DNA of 45,359 bases from Atractiella rhizophila (Eukaryota): positions 1-45,359 of the forward strand of contig MU271552.1 of NCBI GenBank assembly GCA_021432655.1, written 5' to 3'. The first letter of the stretch is position 1. Each line of letters starts with the position of its first letter. The notes under the pieces were generated by a model. It ran no database searches. It saw only the letters and a list, made by a program, of their open reading frames with translations, and was not told the origin of the DNA. Positions 23,731 through 33,933 of this stretch are shown here, piece after piece. The translations under genes were made by a program, and so were the position numbers.

Positions 23731-24285
23731 TCAAGTTTCCGACATGAGACAGTTCCAGATCTTTCCTTGGAGAATACAGGGCAGGGAAAGCCTGCGTAGC
23801 AGGGGAAGATAACCGTCTGCGATTGCCTCCGAGAGTGATCTTGCCTCCATCTGCCCTAAACACAAATGGCGTATCGAGGGAGGAAGAGTGGCGTAGAACT
23901 GCTTGTCTGGAAAGCCAGAAGCCAAGTCCAGACGCCAGAGTCGGGTAAAACGGTGGATAGAAGAAGTAAAATATTCACGGTAGTGACCGCCACCGCCAAC
24001 AATATTCAAATGTTCGAGGCTGACTGAAATGCTTCCTAACACTTCGAGATCTGACAACTGAGGACTGATTTCTGTGCTAATTCCATTCAAGTCCTAGCCC
24101 ACTTCAATCAGAGATGGGATAGAAAGGAGATTAGCCAGCAGGCTTTCTGAACCCCAAGAGTCTATAAAATAGAAGACTCGAAGCTCTAGATGATCATATT
24201 GAGAGATGGAGGTGGCCTCAAAGTATACACCGCGGAAGAGAAGCTTCTTGAGACGTTTTAGCTTTCCCAGTTGGGACAGACACAT
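23731..24285 (-). pseudogene. Degenerate leucine-rich-repeat (RNI-like / F-box-associated type) gene remnant
   Basis: Two same-frame ORFs separated by a single TAG (24094-24096). LxxLxL units: LKRLKKLLF, LEHLNI, LWRLDL, IRHLCL, LRRLSL. No recognisable upstream F-box exon. Confidence 0.55.
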
Positions 24286-24782
24286 TTACTTCGGTTTAAT
24301 CTGCACTACTCCTTTAAGTTCCTTCTGACTTCTCCCCAGTTGTCGCCCTCTATATACTTTTGCAAGCATACTACACAATGAAGCTTCAGTTCGATGGTAT
24401 GCTTGATCCATTCCTACTTGGAGTCCAACGCGATGTAGCTTGAGGAGGGAGAGATGAGGAGCGGGTGATATATGGCACCGTATGAAGGAATCAGATCGTC
24501 ACGCGAGGAAGAAGACTTGAGACGAGTAGCAAATATTTTGAATGACAGGTCGCAACATTATTTCAAATTGCCTCTCTGGTGATTTGCTGAGACTCATGTA
24601 TACCAGACTTCAGGAACCCATTAGATAATAAATCGAATTCCAGAGTATGATGATGTTGTGGAACCTGCTAGAGAGTTCCTTTGTTGACTGGTCGAGTTGA
24701 ACACAATGACCTTGACCCTGAGCAATATTGCCACTATGCAGTCTCGCCCCCAGAGCATCCATAAAAAAGCATATGGAACGCG

Positions 24783-27700
24783 CTATGGTTCGTCTGTGTC
24801 TTCTATCCCCTTCTCATCCTTCAAATCTCCTCCATTTTGATCCGAAAATGTTCTCCCCAACCCTTTTGGAAAGACCTCGCCGAACCCTTGACTGCTGGCA
24901 TTCGCTGATATACCCACTCTGGACATCAAAGCTCCCAGGCCCGATGTCGTCCTCTGCCTGGATTGCATTGGTACAGTCGATGGGGCACTTGTACTTCGAG
25001 GGATTGTTGCCGGCGACGCTGAACGTTCCACGGTCTGAGGAGGTTGGAGCTCAGATGACCCCGTCGGAAAGTTTCGAGGTGAAACTGGTCGATATGTGTG
25101 GTCAACCCCAGCGTCCGATGCTGCACGAGTAGCCCGCTCTCGACGACTAGGGACATAACCTGCGGGAATGGCATTGGCTTCTTCTAGGGCTGCTTCGAGA
25201 ATCTGCCCGCTGTCGTCTAACGAATAGAGGAATCGTAGCAGCTCCTTGCACAGCTGCAACAATATTCAGTATTCAGCCCAGTCATGAGTTTAGGGACGAA
25301 GACCCACCGCCCAGTCCTGGGCAGCCATCGCAGCTTTTAATAAACGGACTGTATCCTGTTCCTTGATAAGATACGATCCGTAGTGCAATACGAATCCTCG
25401 TACCTTGCTACTCTGCTCCAAAGATTCTAGGTTATGCAGAACCAGCAAATAGGAAGCAGCAACTTTTAGCTGCCCAGCTATCATGCATTTCTAAGTGCAA
25501 AACCCGTAAGCGAGGATTGATGACAGAGGACATGCAAACCTCAAACAAGTCTTCTGGACGTCCCACAACCTCAAACAGCTGACTCCATCTGGCAACTTCG
25601 GTCTTCCTTGCGCATCCCACGACCACTTCAAGAGCCGCGTCGAAGTGATCCAAAAAGTCGATAACGTATGGGAGAACTGCTTCTTGTTCTTCACCAGGCG
25701 CTTCGTAAAGACGAGCGGCGCCACCGTTGGGTGATGGAAAAACGGAACTGCTGGGGGTGTGCAAAGGTTTGCCATCCGTTTCTGCTTCGAGAACGCTGTG
25801 GAGGAGAATCTCGAGTGCGTGGGAGAAGTAAATAAGGGATTGATAGAACGAGGCGAGAAGAACAGCTTCTTTTACTTGATGACGGGAGAGATGGAACCGA
25901 AGGAGATGGTGAAGGAAGAGATGCGTCTACCCAGTAACAGAATCAGTTTGGCTCTATTTGAGTTCAAAAGGCTCACATTTGTCATAATTTTAAAAATGGG
26001 AAAGTCCAGACTACGCTTGATGAGCGTCTCCGAGTCTACTCCAATGATGATCCCCTTATCCATCAGCAGGGCTATCTCCGGTTGTGAATATCAGCCGTAT
26101 GAGAGGAAGAATACTGACAGAGCGGATAAAAGTCGACGTCGATGGCAACACTCTCTTGCACACTGTGATAAGCGTCTCTCTCCTCATCTACTTTGACTGC
26201 TTCGATAGTCAACGCGTCAAGCCAAACTCGTATTCTCCTCCCATCCCAACCCCAGAGTGAGTTCTCGAGCGTCCCAATGCCTGATAAGTGGGTCCAATAA
26301 AATTCGATACGGTCGGCGAGAATCTGCATGTCATATTTCACCTCTTGATCAACTGCGCGACGAGGACGAAGGAGGACAAGATGACCGTCGATCAGGAAGA
26401 TGACTGTGGCGACGTTGAGGTCATCTGCTGGATCTCCAAAACCTAAATACTTACATTAATGATTGGATACCGCTCTAAAGGAAAAGTATCTTACGTTGTT
26501 GAGATTTGGGAACCAGCCAGCTCATTCCTCGTACGCGCATGGGGTTCCGTACCACTCCTTCAAATCCAATGGAACCACACATTCGTAACTGAATGCCATC
26601 TCGAGAAGGAAGAAGGAGGAAGTGATAGAAGGTATTATCCAGCGTATACACGAGAAGGGAATCATCAAATATCGAAAGAAGGACGACAGGAGCGTGCAGG
26701 GGTTCTTGATGAAGAATATAGTTTGTATTCAGCGGATGGTCCCGTCCGAAAAGGCGGATCTGCAGTCACCTCCATGAAAACTGGCGACGGGAAGAAAGAG
26801 ATTGACGCACTGCGTACTTCCCTCCTTCGTCCGTGGCAACGATCAAGACATCCTTATACCATTGCATTCCGCCGCGCACAGAAAATGCGCTCTCTTGACT
26901 GAGGTTCTCAAACAGCTTCCACCGGCCAGTCAAAGCGTTGTAGTGTGTTAGACCGTTCTTTCCGGCGACAGCAATCATCCTGGCGTCAGAAGAAATACAG
27001 CTGTACTTGATTGGCCAGTTTTGTGAGATGTAGTTTGAGGGAATCTGTCGCCTCAATCAATCCCTGAAAGGGGGTGACAAATAGAACAGACCTTGATGTG
27101 TTGCCAAACATCCGATTCGGGGTTGATCACGCTCATATCTGGCTGATCGGCACCACGATAAACCAGCACTCGATCATCCATCTGCAAAAAGGCATGCTTC
27201 GTATTATCCTAATTCGAGGGAAGGGCATAAAACAAGAGTTTAGTCCTGAGTCGAATGCTTACGGGGGAGTGCAATCCAGTGACAGCACTTTTTGCGAAAG
27301 GGATGATGAAGAGCTGCTCGTCGTGCACTAGAAACACGTCAAGTTAAGCAATTGCTTTATCATATGCATCGCACGCACCTACCTTTGCCTCTTGGTGCAA
27401 CGGTTGCACCAGCCAACACAGTCAACTCTAGATTACCCGCCGCCCAGAACTACAAGATAATCTCGTTAGAGGCATAACGTATGAGAAGTTTAAGGAGTGA
27501 AAGCGCACCATGCCCTTTACACCCTTCATGAAATGATCCTGAAAGCGAATATTGACCAATTCAACTTCTTCTTCATTCTCGATCCCATTTGTCCGTCCAT
27601 CATTCGACCAACAATTTAGCCTTCCGAAGACGGACCAAATGCTCCACCCCTTCTTCCATCCCACCGCAAGGGCATACCCATCAGACGTCCTGTTCAGTGA

Positions 27701-30241
27701 GACGAAGGGTCATTTAAAATGGCAGAGAGGATGAAAGGGTTGGCGAACCAGCTAAGCGTGGATACGGAGCCGGTTGAGAAGTTGCTCGATGTGGAGTTCA
27801 ACGAATCTTTGAGAGATGCCACATAGAGAGGATGCACAGCCGGAAGGAGGGGAAGCGCTTGAGGTGGGAGTTGGGGGGAGGATGTGAAATTTGAAGACAA
27901 AGCCAATGAGAAATGCGCAATGGACCCACTATTGGTCAAATAATTTCGTCAGCCATCACAGGTACTAATTGGCTGGCTCGATGCGAGATCGACGCACTCT
28001 TCTAGACCCAATGAAACGATAGAGAACTTGCCGTTGACGGCTAACACTCTAGCTCCCTTCCCGTCGCTCCTCCTCCACTTTTCATTCCTCTCTTCCCTCC
28101 TCTCCTCCTCCTCCTCCTCATCCTCAAAATCAACACTCGTGTTCCCCTCTCCTCCTGTTCCCCCGACACTCCACTCCAAGTTTGAAGGCTCATCCTCCCA
28201 CTCAGCTCCATAAAAACACCGTCCAAACCACCTATTCTCCTTCTCCTCCAACCCATCCAAAGCCTCACTCTGACCACCTCTACCTTCCCCCTCCCGTTCC
28301 TCCTCCTCCTCATCATCATCATCCTCACGATCTCGATCGCGATCCGCCTCCGAATCCGACGTCTCGCTCTCCTCCGGCCGATAGAGTAGGGTCCCGTTCG
28401 AGTCGAGCGATTGCTTGCTCTGGTTATGGTTGGACAAGTGAGACCGTCGTGGGGACGTGGCTGATAGGGACGATCTTCGCCGTTTCCGAGCTGCAGGACC
28501 GGAGGGAGGTGTGCGACGGGATTTGGCTACGTATGCTCGACCGTCGGAGGTGATGAGGAAGTAGACGGCGAGGGAGCGGGAGTAGGACATGTAGGTTATC
28601 GTCACTGTGCAAGGAGTTGAGCATGTACGTAGGCAGGGTGAAGACGGGAAGAACCTACCATTTTGGAACAGGAGAAAGTCCCAGCGGTCCATTATATCAA
28701 CTATGACCTTCTGAGGATTAGGGGTAGGAGGTGGAGGTATTGACGTTTGGTCTTTAGGCAGCGTAAGAGGAGAAGGCCAAGGAATAGAGCGTATAGAAGC
28801 CGGGTTCAGGATCGAAACGAGCAAATGAGTCGGCGTGGCAGCCATGCTACGATACGGTCAATCAGCCAGTCTCGATCACATCAAACATCAAAAAAGCAAA
28901 AGACTGCAGAAAGACGTACCAACCAACACCTTCTCCGACTCCGAGCCCAGCATCCCCTACACTCTCCACCAAAACACCCTTCATCTCCCCTCCCTCCCCC
29001 GGTCCGGTCCCAAACGTCGCACTTGATGGAACCTTATAAACGGTGTCCGCAGGAGGAGGTATGAGCGCGATAGAGTAGAAAAAAACCGTATTTGAGCGCG
29101 TCTAGTGTTCCGTGCACAGTTCCCTCAGATTAGTGACCAGAAGGGAGGAAGGGAAGAAGAGCCGAACCTGCACGGCGAATACGGTTCCGTCTGGTTTCCA
29201 AACTACGCTCTTGTTGGGACCGTGGGTTCGTAAGCTTTGAGCTGTTCGTCGTACTTTGGCGATTGCGACTGTAGGCTGTGGAGAGATATAGAAGTCAGCG
29301 TCACAAAAGGAGAGACGGGATGCGTTGACAGAGATGTTGCGTGCGACGTCTATCTCTCTATAATCGTCTACACAGGGGAGCTTGGAATTCAGTTGAAATT
29401 AAAACGTCACCCTCCCCGACTTCTCTCTCTCTTGTATAGTTTGGCCGCTTACTCCTGTGACAACAAGACATACTAGATGAAGGAGACAATCGCTAGAGTC
29501 GCAAGTGGACGCGCCAATGATAACAGCGTTTTCTGCAGGTTCAATGTCCAAATATTGATTCCTGCGACGAAAACAGGGAGTTTCATGTCTTCATGTTCTT
29601 GAACACAGTAACTACGTGACAGCGGCTCCCAACTAGTCGATAAATCCAGATGACTGATGGATCGCCTGTGTGCAAATCTATACTCTGGAACAGGCAGAGT
29701 ATTTTTACATGTTCCTTTTCAAAGAGATTGCTGGTCGCATATGTACCGTTGAAGAAGACTCAAAGCAGGTGACCATCTACTTCTAGTCTACCGACGCGAC
29801 ACATGGAGCTTTCATGCTAAGCAGCACCACAACAGCTCTTTCGAACCATCTACAACCTGCACTTCCGTGTCTGCAAGAGAGGTGCTAGCTTGAGACAAAT
29901 TAACATGTCGATCACAATACTAGACTCTCCTAACCATATGACATGCAAATAAATCACAGAAGCAGTCATCATAACGCACAACGCGCTTCTCCAACGTGAA
30001 ACCCAACCGCACAACAAAAACACTCACTCTCACATTCCAAAGCGCCACCTCCTCTCCAGTCAAAGCAATCCACTTATCCCCCCCGCTGTTTCTTTCAATC
30101 TGCAATATCTCGCCTGTGCCCTCTTCTCCGACATTGGGGAGCGATGCGCGCGGGTTCGGCGGCGGATGGCTGGAGGGACCGAGGGGAACTGAGGTTGTGG
30201 AGAAGGAGAGGAGCGTGGGGATGGACGTTGGGAAGTACATG
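24783..30241 (-). CDS. RIC1: RIC1, subunit of the Ric1-Rgp1 GEF for Ypt6/Rab6 (WD40-like N-terminus plus RIC1 domain)
   Basis: MYFP start; PTVAIAKVRR...WKPDG; GWKKGWSIWSVFGRL; YISQNWPIKY...IAVAGKNGLTHY...RWKLF; DFYPL; VVVGCARKTEVARWSQLF; AASYLLVLHNLE; LCKELLRFLYSLD. First intron 29276-30027 (752 nt). Confidence 0.93.
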
Positions 30242-30595
30242 ATCACCTGCTTCTGTGTTGCTCTCACTGGCTGGCAGCTTGTTTTCAACAACCGAAGGCA
30301 AACTTCTACTTCGGCTTCGGAAGGTCCCGAAACGAGTAGACATGTGCTTGTCGCGCAGAGGTAGCGGAGACGTGAAGAGTTGACTAGAAAGGCTGCTGTG
30401 GCGATCTTGAAGCCAAGTTGAGGCACACAATGATACTCCTTCGATAAACATTACTTGAACGTGACCCTGAATCCATTGCTTCTATCTATTGCTCATCGAG
30501 CTTCGCAGAACAACATTAATTTGTAAAGTCATCAAGACACCCAAGCAACATCAAAGTTTGTGAAGCAACAAAAGAACGTCACACCTCTAACCAAG

Positions 30596-31117
30596 TTACC
30601 TATTCTTTCGTTCGTCCGTGGGTTTCGGAATAGAAATAAAGATGGGAAACATCCTCGCATTCTGTCTCCTAAAGAAGTTCCTGACTCCCCAAAACTTCTC
30701 CTTCAAGAGCACGCCATCCCTCTCCCACCTATCCTCAAGTCTAACAACCTTTCCTTCCGCGTCCGTCTCGACATAAAGTTGTCCAGTAGTTTTCCAATTA
30801 ACCACCCTCTTCATCGCCTTCATCTTATACTCGATATCACAATCGATAGCAATCTTCCCCTCCTCCGCCAGCACCACGACCTCGTTCGAAGTTTCGACCT
30901 CAAAAAGCTTCGCGAGGCCGTAGAATTGGGCGGACCATTCGCGTCGACCGACGGCGTGTGCGAAAGGGTCTTCGAAGATGCAGGTTTCGGAAAAGCTGTC
31001 CAGGATGGAAGGTGTACATTGCCCTCTGAAGATTAGGACGACGTTTTGTGCGGTCGTTGTTTGAGCTGGGGAGAGGGTGATGCCTTCGGCTGTTCCTAGC
31101 TCGGGTGGTGCAGACAT
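30596..31117 (-). CDS. NTF2/SnoaL-like fold protein, intronless, 173 aa
   Basis: FSETCIFEDPFAHAVGRREWSAQFYGL and GKVVRLEDRW are typical NTF2-like/SnoaL-like signatures. Confidence 0.75.
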   Translation of the reverse strand: MSAPPELGTAEGITLSPAQTTTAQNVVLIFRGQCTPSILDSFSETCIFEDPFAHAVGRREWSAQFYGLAKLFEVETSNEVVVLAEEGKIAIDCDIEYKMKAMKRVVNWKTTGQLYVETDAEGKVVRLEDRWERDGVLLKEKFWGVRNFFRRQNARMFPIFISIPKPTDERKNR

Positions 31118-32129
31118 GGTGGGAAGTGGAAGCGGTGCTGGACAGCTGTGTGAGCTTCAGAACATGGAACTGGATATTGCTTCACCTAGAGAGAGTCCTG
31201 AGATCCTGAGAGATGATGGACGTTATACAATATTAATATTTAGCTTCAATGCGGACAATAATAGTTTGCAGGTCCTCAAGGTGAATTCTCGTCTGCGCCT
31301 ACACGCGCCTACCTGCGCACACCAACATTTCAAATACCAGAAGTCGAATATGCTCCCTCAAATCCCTCGCCATATCTCATCGGTTCCACTGTTCATTCGT
31401 ATCTCCACAAGATGTGCAACTCGGTGTTGTGACTGGATGACGCCTGAAGGAGAGTTAGGGGTTAGCAGCCGTTGAAGTTGAAACGAGAGCTCAGTTCAGC
31501 ACAAGAGATGTGGGGGATGGAATGCTTTGTTATCGATATATCGTGAGTGGATCAATTCTTGATGTCCTGCGCTCGCCAAGTTTATCCAAACGTGACCGTT
31601 CAAAGGCGTACTTCTTAAGGCTCTGTCAGACGACCTCCCTCTTGCTCTTTGTCCCCTCTGTTTGGTGTACACCATGGGTAGACGTGGATTGTCTGCTTGT
31701 TACGGAGCCCAGTTTCTTTGATTGTTGTAGCGAGGGAGAAGTGAAGCCATTGAAAACGTTTTATTACGGATCAGCTTGTCTGTTTCTCAATCTGCATCGT
31801 GTTCCACGACTGGAGATGATATAAGGGATTGAAATGAAGGACCGAAAGATTAACTTGGCATTTGGATTTGCTCGACCGCTTCCTTGTGTATTTAGCGGCA
31901 ACCGACGTTAACCCGAGTTTGAAGATGCGAAAGGGACAGGAATTGCAAATTCAGGAGTCTTCTTTATTCAGATTGTCGCTATTTAGGAATAGAAATTGGA
32001 GAAGAACTAGATGAATCTAGTTAGTTTCATGTGTGCAGTCCGAACAGTATAGTTTCTGAGAAGGGGAGGACACTTGGTGAAGCACGTGATGTGACTGCAA
32101 GACGAGGCGTTCTTTGTGGAAGTAGGCAC

Positions 32130-32417
32130 AGCAATTCCATCGCTCATAATGTTCAGTTTATTTGGGAGGGACTTCTGAACAGTGTCCTACACAATCCCTC
32201 AGCACCCCTCAACAGGAAAGTGAAAAGATTGTACGAGCTAGCAATTGAGCGAGGACAGTCCAGACCATCTCTTGAGGAATAATATGTTGTTTTCCGTTCA
32301 GCTCGATGATGTAGCCTTGCTCTGATGCGCCCTACAAAGAGTGACGTCGGATGTATGAATGAAAAGAAGAGGATGGAGGCTTGCCACAAATCTCAACTGG
32401 GGGCGGGCACCTTCCAT
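32130..32417 (-). CDS. Putative small multi-exon hypothetical gene (3' end uncertain, continues toward ~31980)
   Basis: TATAAAA at ~32505-32511 (minus strand), a C/T-rich leader and ATG at 32417. Exons 32385-32417, 32266-32331 and 32130-32186 splice in phase 0 to MEGARPQLRFV|GASEQGYIIELNGKQHIIPQEM|DTVQKSLPNKLNIMSDGIA. No homology recognised. Confidence 0.35.
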
Positions 32418-33933
32418 CGACTAGAGAGTTCTGGTGCGATCGGTAGAGTTTGGAGAAGTAGCGGAGAGTCTTGAGGGGAGTGAGATGGGTCTCTCTGCAG
32501 CCTCTTTTATATGTTCATCGTCCTTTGGCCGTGGTTGACTTTTGACAGCATCCTGCCACAAAGTTCTCCGTTTTCGGGCCATGCTTCGGGTTTCCCATGA
32601 TGTAATTCAGTTCAGTCGGGCAAGTTATTATTTCTCGTCTCGTTGGTCCCTCGCTCGCTGCTTCTGGCTATGTTGCTGCTAGCTAAATTTCTGAAGACAT
32701 CCGGTCCTAACAAAGTTCGTCCTCACCTCGATCAATGTTGGGATGATCGCATATGATCGCAGATGATCGAACGTTGAACAAAGGTACCGATATTAAAATG
32801 ATATTTTCACCACTTTGTGTGACCAATAATGAATTTATTTGCGTCCGTGCTAGCCTTTGGGTTCTGCTCCCGAATAAAAACAGGACAAGCGCTCAAGAGT
32901 GCTGATACATAAAGCAACAGAAGCTCAGGCGAATTCCCCCCGTCTGTCTTGCATTCACTAATTGGTATTGAAGCAATCCAGTGGGTTTTTCCTATTAAGT
33001 GAAGATGTCAGGCGCGCGTTCAAGTTGGCGGTCGATTGCGGTCGATCTGGGGTCTCTTCCGTTGTTTAGACATCGTTTCTACGTTGGTTTGAGTGCAGTA
33101 TTCAACTCCTGCCCAAGGATTTGGAACGACGAAATCGTGTACCCCGCAGGCACGAGACCAACGAGGAAGGTTCTTACCTTTAACAAGCCGGAACTTTTTG
33201 AAATTAACGTATTTGGAAGCAATAATATGAACATGTTAACAAGTGAACTGGTTTGCCGAACGTCAGTACATCACATCAGTGATGGGAGAATAGAATTGCG
33301 CAGCTCTTCAAAGTTTGAAGAAAGCGAAATGATCCTAGGCGAATTAGTGACTTCTTCTGAGTCTCGTTCTGCAATAATGTTGATCGTCACAGCATCGTCG
33401 GGTCCGCGCGCTAGTCTTCCTGTCCAAGTTCAGACCTGGTCAACGCGATGAATTCAACCCGTTTCATTTCAATCCGGCCCCCACATTTTTCAACCTACAG
33501 AGTTATACGGTGCTTCGTCCGCCCCATCCGTCTTCCTCCTCACCACCATTCAACACATTGATCCCACAACTTGCTTTCTGTTTGAGAGGAGCTTTGCTTC
33601 AAGTCGTGTCCCAGTACACGAACCGCGCGGGACGAACGAGGCTAACGAGGCAGCAATTTTTCTCGTCTGAGCATTCCGGAAGTTAAGGTGTTAGCTCAAA
33701 AAGTGCAAAGCACGATAATGTATCTGAAGCCAACAAGTTGGGCGGACGTCGCAGAGGTTATCATCATCTCAGTCAGAGCAGAAGTTCGAATGCAACTTCG
33801 ACGTTCGTTCGCTTCATAACGAGTGATGTCACCTGCAAGCTGGGAAGGAAGGAATTTGATGGGACCATTCCTATGCGTCCACGCACGCCTACCTGCGCAC
33901 TCTAGACATTCCAAACACAAGTGCGCGACAACC

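Noticed and set aside
28050..28330. (TCC)n / (TCA)n microsatellite-like tracts
   Set aside because: They encode poly-Glu/Asp in a disordered RIC1 insertion; ordinary coding low complexity.
30596..31117. Intronless SnoaL-like gene as a retrocopy or bacterial transfer
   Set aside because: Exons over 1 kb occur in neighbouring genes, there is no poly(A) tail or TSD, and similar NTF2-like proteins are common in fungi.
32999..33560. 150-aa plus-strand ORF and protein-like minus-strand fragments
   Set aside because: No ATG-to-stop spliced model or recognisable motif could be built; possibly a decayed gene but unsupported.
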